From a bacterium (GTDB lineage Bacteria; SZUA-182; DTGQ01; JAFGSM01): 37,965 nt of DNA. Each line of letters starts with the position of its first letter. The stretch's first letter is position 1. Both the position numbers and the translations under genes were made by a program. Shown here in pieces: positions 10,091 through 18,481 of this stretch. Under the pieces are notes generated by a model that was given only the letters and a program-made list of their open reading frames with translations, had not been told where the DNA came from and ran no database searches. Where the stretch lies: positions 1-37,965 of the forward strand of contig JBLIRP010000031.1 of the NCBI GenBank assembly GCA_049472355.1. Direction: 5' to 3'.

Positions 10091-11782
10091 ATGCCTTCGA
10101 TTATCCGCAAGGGATGGACAACCCGCATAGCCTTCATCCTCCTTCTTGTCCTCCTGTGGCTCGTTTACCTCTCCTGCAGCCGGGCCTTCTGCGTCCAAGG
10201 AATCTCCTTTCTCTGTATGAATGATTTCCATGCCGCGGTTGAGCCGTTGAGCGCCGGGTGGCTTGAGAGGGCAGGCACGGCTGGAGGGGCCGTTTGCGTG
10301 GCGGCCCATGTGGAGCGGTTCCGCAAGGACCACCCGAACACGCTGTGGGTGGTGACCGGCGACGTATTCATGGGGCACTACCTCGACTCCCTTACCCAAG
10401 GGAAGGCCATGATCGAGTTCCTGAACCTGATCCCGCCCGACTGCTATGTCCTGGGAAATCACGAGTTCGATTACGGTCTGGACGTGCTCGCAGAACGGAT
10501 CAGGGATGCCCGCTTTCCCATTGTCTGTGCCAATATCCGGAAAGGGGAGGGGGGAACCCTGGTGAAGCCCTTTATTATTCATGAGATGGAGGGGATACGG
10601 GTCCTCGTCATCGGGGTGATCTGCCGGAATCTTGCAGAGATCGTGCTGCCGGGCCGTCTGGGTGACCTGGAGGTCACCGATCCTGTTCAGTCCATCCTGC
10701 AGTGCACCGATAGCCTCGACAGCACGATTGACCTCACCGTTGTGCTCTCCCATTCCGGCCTCTCCGCAGACCGAAGGATCGCTGCCGCACTCCCCCCCTC
10801 CTCGGGGGTGGATATCATCATCGGTGGCCACAGCCACGACCTCATGGAAAAGACCGAAACGGTGAACGGCATCATCATCTGCCAGGCAGGCTCAAAGGGA
10901 CGATACCTGGGACATCTCGCGGTGGATATGGAACCGGGAAAGGGCCTGATCACGGCGCATTCCTGGGATCTCATTCCCACCCTGTGTGAAGGTATGTCAC
11001 ACCCGAAGGTTGCACAGTGGCTTGAGGGGCGGCTTCAAGGGACCGCCGGAGGAATGGAGGAGGTGATCGGCACCCTGGAAGGGGAATGGACCAGGGAGGC
11101 GGAGGCAATCGAGTGGCCGATTGCCGACTTCGCAACGGACGCCATTGCGGAGCAAACAGGTGCGGAGATCGGGATCTACAACCGGGGTGGTATCCGGAAG
11201 GGTCTTTCCGGCCCGTATATAAGGATCAAGGATGTCTGGGAGATGTTCCCCTTTGGAAACCACTTGGTACAATTTTGCCTCACCGGACGGCAGGTCAAGA
11301 TCCTCCTGGAGCGGCACCTTTCCTTTGCGGGAGAGCACCTCTTTTTCTCAGGGGGCTTGCGCTACACCTTCAACCCGAAAAGGCCTTCGGGTGCCCGATG
11401 TATCAGTGCAACGGTCAACGGCAAACCGCTCGATCCCGATCGCCTTTACACCATAGCAACCGTGGAGTTCCTGTGGGGTCATTCGGGAAGCGCATTCGGC
11501 CTGAGACAGGCGGCTATCAAGGAAAACGGGGGATTCAGGGAGTATCCCGGCCTGATTGAACGGGATATCATCATCAACCGCATCAAACGGCTCAAGCATA
11601 TCCGCCCGCAAACGGACGGCCGGGTGAAGGTCGTGACCGATCCCCTCACCTTCCTGTTCTTTGATGGCGTTCCCTTTCAATCACCTGAATTTTTGGCACC
11701 CTTTCCCGCGCGATCCGACAGTTCCAGCCAATCCCTCGCCACCCCTCCAGTCATCCCACTACCCGCGCGATATCCCGGTTGA
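10091..11782 (+). CDS. Exported bifunctional metallophosphatase/5'-nucleotidase (UshA family)
   Basis: AGGAGGAG precedes ATG 10091. There is an N-terminal hydrophobic segment and the motifs NDFH, GD, GNHEFD, LSH, GGHSH, N.GGIR and PFGN. Confidence 0.92.
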   Translation: MPSIIRKGWTTRIAFILLLVLLWLVYLSCSRAFCVQGISFLCMNDFHAAVEPLSAGWLERAGTAGGAVCVAAHVERFRKDHPNTLWVVTGDVFMGHYLDSLTQGKAMIEFLNLIPPDCYVLGNHEFDYGLDVLAERIRDARFPIVCANIRKGEGGTLVKPFIIHEMEGIRVLVIGVICRNLAEIVLPGRLGDLEVTDPVQSILQCTDSLDSTIDLTVVLSHSGLSADRRIAAALPPSSGVDIIIGGHSHDLMEKTETVNGIIICQAGSKGRYLGHLAVDMEPGKGLITAHSWDLIPTLCEGMSHPKVAQWLEGRLQGTAGGMEEVIGTLEGEWTREAEAIEWPIADFATDAIAEQTGAEIGIYNRGGIRKGLSGPYIRIKDVWEMFPFGNHLVQFCLTGRQVKILLERHLSFAGEHLFFSGGLRYTFNPKRPSGARCISATVNGKPLDPDRLYTIATVEFLWGHSGSAFGLRQAAIKENGGFREYPGLIERDIIINRIKRLKHIRPQTDGRVKVVTDPLTFLFFDGVPFQSPEFLAPFPARSDSSSQSLATPPVIPLPARYPG

Positions 11783-11807
11783 CTGAATCGCCAAAACATG
11801 CTAAAAA
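11779..11807 (+). promoter_or_regulatory. Putative sigma70 promoter for tRNA-Arg
   Basis: TTGACT-17 bp-TAAAAA with a TG extension, about 60 bp upstream of the tRNA. Confidence 0.45.
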
Positions 11808-11864
11808 TAAGGTGTTTTATGGAGTCCAACGAATCCTTCACGAAGAGCAACTGCCGATCGATAT

Positions 11865-11937
11865 GCGCCTGTAGCTCAGTGGATAGAGCATCGGACTTCT
11901 AATCCGAGGGTCGCAGGTTCGAATCCTGCCAGGCGCG
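11865..11937 (+). tRNA. tRNA-Arg (anticodon TCT); CCA not encoded
   Basis: Acceptor stem GCGCCTG/CAGGCGC, D arm GCTCAGTGGATAGAGC, anticodon arm TCGGA-CTTCTAA-TCCGA, T arm GCAGG-TTCGAAT-CCTGC. Confidence 0.97.
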
Positions 11938-11941
11938 TTAT

Positions 11942-12187
11942 TTATTTCTTTACCTGAAATGATTGTCCCAAAGGTTGGAAATCCGAAACATCTTGTCGAG
12001 CAAGTTTATCACGAATTTTTTCAAATCGACGTATAGTTTCTTCGGAATAAAGACGTTCCCCACAGTGTTGACAAACCTCGGCTCGGACTGTTACCACTGC
12101 AGTGTTTTTTCCGCCACGAAGAAGTTTTTCCACTTCCTTTTCAATAATCTCCCTGCCACAAACGGGGCATTTTTTAAAGGCTACCAT
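11942..12187 (-). CDS. YgiT-type zinc finger protein (MqsA N-terminal-like)
   Basis: CPVCG...V.AEVCQHCGERLYS pattern, 81 aa. Confidence 0.85.
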   Translation of the reverse strand: MVAFKKCPVCGREIIEKEVEKLLRGGKNTAVVTVRAEVCQHCGERLYSEETIRRFEKIRDKLARQDVSDFQPLGQSFQVKK

Positions 12188-12299
12188 CTTTGGATCTTCT
12201 CTTTCTCCAGTTAATCCAGAATCTTGGGTCTGGGCAATAGACAGTTATCAGAACAACCCACTGATTTTCAGTATTGTATCCCCAAACAGAATGTATTGG
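12174..12299 (-). pseudogene. 3' remnant of a DUF4258-family gene
   Basis: Translates PIHSVWGYNTENQWVVLITVYCPDPRFWINWRKRRSKDGSL*, matching the PIHxV...ITVYxPD...W...RR C-terminus. It overlaps the YgiT start, and the N-terminal half is not recognisable. Confidence 0.75.
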
Positions 12300-12796
12300 T
12301 AGTCGCGCAGAAGCAGAACTCGGCATCTATCGGGTACGTCAACGACTGCAAGGACAACACGGAAGAGAAACACGCACGAATCAGAATCTGAAATAATCTG
12401 TCTTGTTTTTCAATCTGTAATTGATTGTATATAATTAACAATAAATCAATAGCTTGATCTATCATCCCCAAATTGTCGCCAACACGTTGCATTGATTTTT
12501 TTAAAAACATAATGAAACCAATGGATACAGCGTCTGGTGTTCAATGGATTTTTGTCAAAAAGGGGATTCAGACAAAAATTTATTCTCATGGTATAAAGTG
12601 ACGACTTTGATCACTGTTTCACCCCATTATGAAATATTTCAGCCCCAGTACCACAAGGTATTAGAGCCCATAGGATACCGGAAAGGGGGTGAGGTATAAG
12701 GCCAGGTAACCGTTTCGAGCAGCGTTTATCTCTCATATTTTTTCACTATTTTCATCGAAGTTTCCTGGTGAAGATTCCAAAAGGAGGCTCAAGAAA

Positions 12797-13291
12797 ATGC
12801 GAAAGTACGGAATTTTTATGTGTCTGATTCTGGTCCTTGCCATTGCCCTTTGTCTTGGTGCTGTTAATCAGGCTAATGCCTATTATGGCGGCCTTGGTAC
12901 TGGCTTGTACGGCGGCCTTGGTACTGGCTTGTACGGCGGCCTTGGTACCGGCTTGTACGGCGGCATTGGTACTGGCTTGTACGGCGGCCTGTATGGCGGC
13001 CTTGGTACTGGCTTATACGGTGGCCTGTATGGCGGCCTCTACGGCGGCGGTATATCATATAGCTCATACAACCCCTTTAATTTGACGTATACCTCTTACA
13101 GCTACAGCCCGGGGCTCTTGGGTGGTCTGTACGGTGGTCTGTACGGTGGCCTGTACGGCGGCCTGTACGGCGGCCTTGGTACTGGCTTGTACGGCGGCCT
13201 TGGTACTGGCTTGTACGGCGGCCTCTATGGTGGTCTCTATGGAACCGGTCTGTACGGTGGCCTCTACGGCGGCTTATCCGGCATATATTAA
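12797..13291 (+). CDS. Secreted Gly/Tyr/Leu-rich repeat protein
   Basis: AAGGAGG RBS and a Sec signal ending ANA. The mature part is GLGTGLYG and GLYG repeats with third-position variation around a Ser/Tyr-rich central block. Confidence 0.85.
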   Translation: MRKYGIFMCLILVLAIALCLGAVNQANAYYGGLGTGLYGGLGTGLYGGLGTGLYGGIGTGLYGGLYGGLGTGLYGGLYGGLYGGGISYSSYNPFNLTYTSYSYSPGLLGGLYGGLYGGLYGGLYGGLGTGLYGGLGTGLYGGLYGGLYGTGLYGGLYGGLSGIY

Positions 13292-13467
13292 AAGCGCTCA
13301 ACGGGCCTTATGGCGAGCCTGTCATGTGCACGATCCAACTCACATGATGACGGCCCCATAAGGATCGCGCTGCTCATAAAGAATTGGGAACAGGATGGTT
13401 ATCCCAGTTGAGGGCAGTTTTCGAAAATACCTCTGCGTAGATGCAGAAGCTATTGTTTGATCATTTC

Positions 13468-13511
13468 ACACCGCATACTGTCGGTTTAATCCGGTGGTAT
13501 GCGGTGTTTTT
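13468..13511 (+). terminator. Rho-independent terminator
   Basis: ACACCGCATAC...GTATGCGGTGT stem followed by a T run. Confidence 0.75.
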
Positions 13512-13591
13512 AATTGCACATGGGATCATCGTTATCTCCATGAAGACGTTGTAATCATATCCCCCCAATCTGCCGATCATCGCCTATTTCA

Positions 13592-13620
13592 TTGTTAATT
13601 AATGAATTTTATGCTACAAT
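13592..13620 (+). promoter_or_regulatory. Putative sigma70 promoter
   Basis: TTGTTA-17 bp-TACAAT with a TG extension, upstream of the metalloprotease gene. Confidence 0.5.
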
Positions 13621-13758
13621 AAATAAAATGACGCGAAGGGGAAATTGCTGGTCATTGTAACTCCCCTTGTTGATGAAGCTCGTTGCCACGGCATTAATGT
13701 TTGGATCAGCGAGAGAGGTGTCCGTTCACCCTATTTGTATGATACCCGGGAATCAGCG

Positions 13759-16065
13759 ATGAGAAGATCCGTTGGGCTGGCGTTTTTTTATTGCTCCATG
13801 ATACCCCTGCTCATTGGAACAATGCATATTCCTTCGAGTTGTGCGGAAAAGGTGAACCCGGAGAGTGTGAACCTGTGGATATCGGGCATCTATGCAACAC
13901 AGCAGGGGAGAATGAAAAGGGACCGGCTGAAGGAACCGTCGGCCCGGATGCACGGGAAGTGTGCGACCCCCGTCATTATTCACGCCCTGTCGCATCCGGA
14001 TTGGATAGAGAATGAGAACCTCTTCATCCTCCATCGTCCCGATGATCCCGCATTTGTCCGTTATTATTCACCGGATGCCTCCTTTACCCTGACCTATGAT
14101 ACGCCGGAGGGGCACTTCAAGCTGCATTATGCGGAGTCAGGGATTCATGCGGTCTATGGCGCGGATGGAGATCCGGATACCGTCCCCGAGTACGTGATCT
14201 CGTTCGGCGCCTATTTCGAACAGGCATGGGACCACGAGGTCGATCAAATGGGATATGCGCCTCCCCCTTCGGACGGAACCGGGGGCGGGGATGAGCGGTT
14301 TGATGTGTATATAAAGAGTATGAACTACTACGGGTATACCTCCGTGGAAAACGATCATCCCTATATCGTGGTGCACAAGAACTATGTGGGGTTCGAGTCC
14401 AACCTGGACCCGGAAGGCCCCAGGATCGGGAATATGAAGATAACCGCGGCCCATGAGTTCTTCCACGCGATACAGTTTTTTTATGACGACTGGAATAATG
14501 ACTCCATATGGTGGGAGGAGAATACCGCCGTGTGGATGGAGGATGAGGTGTTTGACGAGGTGGATGGGTATCTGAACTATCTGGGCACCCCCTTTGATGA
14601 CCTGAATGAAAACCTGCGGTGGGACAATGGTGAAGACTGGTACCGGCACGACGGAACCTGGGGCGGCACGGAGGGGAGGGACCTGGAGGTGTGGTTCGAG
14701 GCCCCGCATGTCTCCCTGGATTCCGAATACGCCAGTGGATTCAAGCGATACGACTATGGCGGTGTGGTATGGGCCAAGTACATCGGCGCCGTGTTCGGCG
14801 CCGAATGCATCAGGGACAGCTTTGTGATCGCCGATTATAACACGGATGCCGTGACCGCCCTGCAGCAAACCCTCCAGGATTACGGCTCCTCCCTGGAGGA
14901 GGCGCATGCTGACTTCAGGGTGAGCGTGCTCACCCTGGATCCGGCCGTTTTCGAGGAGGGCGAAAAATATCCCCTGATCCGCCACCAGGGGAATTATGGG
15001 GAGTATCCCCTGAGCCTGGATCTTGGGGATGACATCTCCCACCTTTCCTGCCGGTACATAGGGATCAAGGGCCCTGCGGGGAATAAGAAACTGGTGATCG
15101 ATGTGGACGGGCAGGACCAATCCCATTTCGGGATCGCCCTGGTGCTATTCAAGGACCAGGGATACGAGGTGCGCTCTATTCCCCTTGAATATGAGGAGGA
15201 GCAGGTGGGAAGGGCCGAAATCATTTCATTCGGCACTGAGGGGCTCTACAAGCGGGCCACCCTGATCCCCATGAACCTTTCAACGCATCAGGACTATCGG
15301 TCGATGGATATCTACGTCCAGGTCCATTCGGACGCGGATGGCGACGATGTGGATGATCCGCAGGACAACTGTCCCCTGGTGTATAACCCCGATCAACTGG
15401 ATACGGATGGGGACGGTATCGGCGATCCGTGTGATGCATGCCCCGCCGATCCCGTTCACGATGCGGATGGGGATGGCTTCCTGGTGTGCCAGGGGGATTG
15501 CAATGACCTTGATCCTGCCGTGAATCCGGGGGCCGAAGAGGTGTGTGACGGGATCGACAATAACTGCAACGGGCAGACGGACGAGGGGTGTACGGTGTAT
15601 TACCGGGATTCCGATAACGACGGATTCGGCGATTCGGAAAATTCCATTGTTGCGGTTGTCCGGCCCGAGGGGTATGTCATGGACGATCAAGACTGCGATG
15701 ACGGTGATCCCGCTGTGTATCCGGGTGCGCCGGGAACGTATGAGGGAAAGGACAATGATTGTAGCGGTACCATGGAGAATGACGAACGAAGACGCCCTTC
15801 ATACCCGACGTTTACCCCTCCTTCCCCCTTGCGGATACACTACGTTCAGCTACGGAGCCAATCGTTTCTTCCCCTGTCCTTGGAGCGACAAGGCCGGACC
15901 TGGCAGCAGTATTACCATACCTTCCATCAACAGAATTTTTTGCCGACCCTGTTTATGGGCGGCCGATATCTGGTGCCCTTTGCCCTGCGTTTCCGCTACA
16001 CCCCACCGGTCATGGGGGTGAATCAAGGCTACCATTCCCCGCTGCTTGGGATAAGAGAAAAATGA
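13759..16065 (+). CDS. Secreted HEXXH metalloprotease (MXAN_6640-like) with thrombospondin type 3 and MopE-like Cys/Asp metal-binding repeats
   Basis: Signal-like N-terminus, HFKLHY, TAAHEFFHAIQF and WWEENTAVWMEDEV, then DNCPLVYNPDQLDTDGDGIGDPCD, DCND...PGAEEVCDGIDNNCNGQTDEG and DCDD...PGA...DNDC. The start is uncertain (ORF open from 13645). Confidence 0.85.
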   Translation: MRRSVGLAFFYCSMIPLLIGTMHIPSSCAEKVNPESVNLWISGIYATQQGRMKRDRLKEPSARMHGKCATPVIIHALSHPDWIENENLFILHRPDDPAFVRYYSPDASFTLTYDTPEGHFKLHYAESGIHAVYGADGDPDTVPEYVISFGAYFEQAWDHEVDQMGYAPPPSDGTGGGDERFDVYIKSMNYYGYTSVENDHPYIVVHKNYVGFESNLDPEGPRIGNMKITAAHEFFHAIQFFYDDWNNDSIWWEENTAVWMEDEVFDEVDGYLNYLGTPFDDLNENLRWDNGEDWYRHDGTWGGTEGRDLEVWFEAPHVSLDSEYASGFKRYDYGGVVWAKYIGAVFGAECIRDSFVIADYNTDAVTALQQTLQDYGSSLEEAHADFRVSVLTLDPAVFEEGEKYPLIRHQGNYGEYPLSLDLGDDISHLSCRYIGIKGPAGNKKLVIDVDGQDQSHFGIALVLFKDQGYEVRSIPLEYEEEQVGRAEIISFGTEGLYKRATLIPMNLSTHQDYRSMDIYVQVHSDADGDDVDDPQDNCPLVYNPDQLDTDGDGIGDPCDACPADPVHDADGDGFLVCQGDCNDLDPAVNPGAEEVCDGIDNNCNGQTDEGCTVYYRDSDNDGFGDSENSIVAVVRPEGYVMDDQDCDDGDPAVYPGAPGTYEGKDNDCSGTMENDERRRPSYPTFTPPSPLRIHYVQLRSQSFLPLSLERQGRTWQQYYHTFHQQNFLPTLFMGGRYLVPFALRFRYTPPVMGVNQGYHSPLLGIREK

Positions 16066-16151
16066 GAAAATCCTTTACGGATGCCCTGCTATTCGCGTCT
16101 GAGTAGTCCGCACGCGGATTTAAGGACCAGGATTCTGAAGGCAGGCGAACG

Positions 16152-16973
16152 TCACTTGCCGGGAGAGGCGGGGCCTTTCTTCTCTATTGCATCGATGTCC
16201 TGCAGTCTTCCTGTGTCATACAGATCCTTGATTTTGCTTCTCACCTTCCGCATGAAGTCCTCCCCAGGGTCGATCTTCTTGGTCCGGTAGGCGGCATCGA
16301 CCTCCAGAAAGAGGGGGGTATCCTCGATCTGCAGATATTCGTAATGCCCGATGATATGGCGAATACCGGGATACTGGTCCAGGAGGCAGCGGATGATGGC
16401 GGCATTTGACGCCACCTGTTTGTCCGTCAGCGGCAGGGTATCGGAGCCTACGTTTTCGATCCCGAAGGCATGGAAGTTAAGACCGATCACGTGCCGTGCA
16501 AAGTAGGGGAGGGGGAGCAATTGCACGATGGTGCCGTCCCGGTCCACCAGAAAATGGGCACATACATTGAGATTGCTTGCGCCGGCAATATCGGTCCTCT
16601 GCGTGGATAACGTGGATGCATGCATGCAGTTGTAGGAACGGTCGAAATCCTCGATCGCGGTCCAGTGGAGCACGATGATGCGGGGTTCTATGTGCGGCCT
16701 CTCGGGGGTCAGATGGTAGTGTTCGCGAATGTACTCCAGGGAAAGGCGCTCCCGAAGCTCGTCCATGACCACGTATCGCTGGGTGATCGGCGTGCTGCAC
16801 TGCAATGCCCCGGCAGGGGGGGAGCCGGCGGCTGCGCAGGGGGTCGTTGCCGGGGATACAAGGAAGATGGTGATGAACAGGACCAGGCAGACCTGCCAGG
16901 GGTGGTATCTTTTCATCAGATTCTCAAGCATGTGCATCGCCTCAGTCGGTTCCTCACCCTTGTCTTTCGGCAA
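16152..16973 (-). CDS. N-acetylmuramoyl-L-alanine amidase (Amidase_2/PGRP-like), probably exported
   Basis: Motifs IVLHWT, AHFLVDRDG, ARHVIGLN, GIENVG, IGHYE and KIDPG, with a hydrophobic N-terminal segment. The true start is probably downstream of the TTG. Confidence 0.9.
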   Translation of the reverse strand: MPKDKGEEPTEAMHMLENLMKRYHPWQVCLVLFITIFLVSPATTPCAAAGSPPAGALQCSTPITQRYVVMDELRERLSLEYIREHYHLTPERPHIEPRIIVLHWTAIEDFDRSYNCMHASTLSTQRTDIAGASNLNVCAHFLVDRDGTIVQLLPLPYFARHVIGLNFHAFGIENVGSDTLPLTDKQVASNAAIIRCLLDQYPGIRHIIGHYEYLQIEDTPLFLEVDAAYRTKKIDPGEDFMRKVRSKIKDLYDTGRLQDIDAIEKKGPASPGK

Positions 16974-17093
16974 CTCCTTGAAGGATGGATTTGCCTGCTA
17001 TATGCGTCATCATTTCGGCTGGTTCCTCGCCCTGTGTTTCCATACCCTGAGGATCCTCCGATTGTCCGGCCTTTAATCTCGGCGGGTTTAATT

Positions 17094-17150
17094 CCCCGCC
17101 CCTTGGGGCGATCAAAAAAACGGTCTTAGTACCCCGCTGCTTGCGGCGGG
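17094..17150. repeat. Pair of GC-rich palindromes (REP/MITE-like)
   Basis: CGCCCC-TT-GGGGCG and CCCGCTGC-TT-GCGGCGGG, each starting from a CCCCGC run. Confidence 0.55.
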
Positions 17151-17257
17151 ATAGGCTATTCTCGTTATGGATATGATTCCTTGCGCACGGGGCCCGTGAA
17201 AAAGGTGCCTTTGCCTTCCCGCTGCTGCCTGCAGCGGGAAGGCGCATTCAATATCTA

Positions 17258-18343
17258 TCATGAAAAGGAATCACTGTCAAAGGTGAATCCGAATCCAGGT
17301 GCATCGGAGAGGGTGATCGTGTCACCCCTGAACAGGGCGCCTCCCTCGATTCGGTCATCAGCACACAGGATCGGGGCATCGAGATCGACCCTGGTAATGA
17401 TCTGCTTGGCGCTGGCAAGATGCGCAGCCGCGGTGACACTGACCCTGCTCTCCATCATGCACCCGATCATGCACTCCATGCCGGCGTTCTCGGCAAGAGC
17501 ACAAATGGCGAGCGCCTCACGGATGCCGCCGGTCTTCATCAACTTGATATTGATCATATCAGCGGCGCGCATCCGGATGATCCTCCGGACATCCTCCGGG
17601 GAAAAGGCGCTTTCGTCCGCCACCACCGGTATGGAGACATGCTCCTTCACCTGCCGCAGTCCCTCAAGGTCATGCCCCGGCACGGGTTGCTCCACCAGTT
17701 CGATGCGGATGCCGGCGTCTTCGATTTTTTTCAGGATACGGACGGCCTCCCGGGGCGTCCATGCCTGGTTTGCATCGATGCGCAAAGCAATCGCATCACC
17801 GATGCCCTCCCTGATCGCCCGCAAGGCCTCCAACTCCTTGGCCGGATCCTTGCCCACCTTTACCTTGAGAACCGTAAACCCTTGTGCGACGGCCTCAAGG
17901 CTATCCCGGAGCATTTCCTCGGGTTCGTTCACGCTGATGGTGAGGTCCGTGGAGAGCTTCCGCCTTTGTCCGCCCAGCAGTTGGTAGACCGGTGCCTTGC
18001 GCCATTGGCCGTACAGGTCGTACAGGGCGATATCCACCGCTGCCTTGGCGCTGGTGTTCCCGTCCACTGCATGGTGCACCCTGGACATGAGCACCTCGAA
18101 GTCCTCGATGGAACAGCCGATGATCTGCCGTGCAATCTGTCCCTCGATGGCCTGCCGGATGCTGTCGCTTGTTTCGCCGGTGATCGGGGGAGAGGGGGAC
18201 GCGCTTCCGTAACCCGTGTGCCCGGTGTCGGTCTCCGCCCGGACCAGCACGCTCTCCACATGGGTGACGGTTCTCAACGCCGTCTTGAACGGCGCCTTCA
18301 ACGGTGTGGATAGATGACCAAGGCGGATGCCGGTGATCTTCAT
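17258..18343 (-). CDS. L-Ala-D/L-Glu dipeptide epimerase (enolase superfamily)
   Basis: FKTALR, KVKVG, DANQ, EQP, DES, NIKLMKTGG, GCMME and DLD motifs. Confidence 0.93.
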   Translation of the reverse strand: MKITGIRLGHLSTPLKAPFKTALRTVTHVESVLVRAETDTGHTGYGSASPSPPITGETSDSIRQAIEGQIARQIIGCSIEDFEVLMSRVHHAVDGNTSAKAAVDIALYDLYGQWRKAPVYQLLGGQRRKLSTDLTISVNEPEEMLRDSLEAVAQGFTVLKVKVGKDPAKELEALRAIREGIGDAIALRIDANQAWTPREAVRILKKIEDAGIRIELVEQPVPGHDLEGLRQVKEHVSIPVVADESAFSPEDVRRIIRMRAADMINIKLMKTGGIREALAICALAENAGMECMIGCMMESRVSVTAAAHLASAKQIITRVDLDAPILCADDRIEGGALFRGDTITLSDAPGFGFTFDSDSFS

Positions 18344-18481
18344 GGGCCAAACTCCATGATCGCCCCTGCTGGTGAATCGATACCCTTACAAACAAATCGT
18401 GATCAATGAATCAGGATGTTACAGACCCTGAGACGATAACGTATTACTTCTTCGACGGTGTCGACTGCCGAGATGGATCTC

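Noticed and set aside
11640..11782. Pro/Phe-rich C-terminal extension of the 5'-nucleotidase as a sorting tail
   Set aside because: It cannot be distinguished from read-through after a lost stop, and it runs into the tRNA promoter region.
11938..11940. Missing CCA as a sign of a tRNA pseudogene
   Set aside because: All stems are intact, and many bacteria add CCA post-transcriptionally.
12837..13361. Cys/Ala/Thr-rich and Arg-rich repeat ORFs that could look like RiPP precursors
   Set aside because: They are alternative frames of the Gly/Tyr repeat gene, which has the RBS, the signal peptide and synonymous variation. No modifying enzymes lie nearby.
14137..15126. 329-aa minus-strand ORF
   Set aside because: Antisense to the metalloprotease; explained by codon bias.
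17181..18313. 268-aa and 297-aa plus-strand ORFs
   Set aside because: Antisense to the well-supported dipeptide epimerase.
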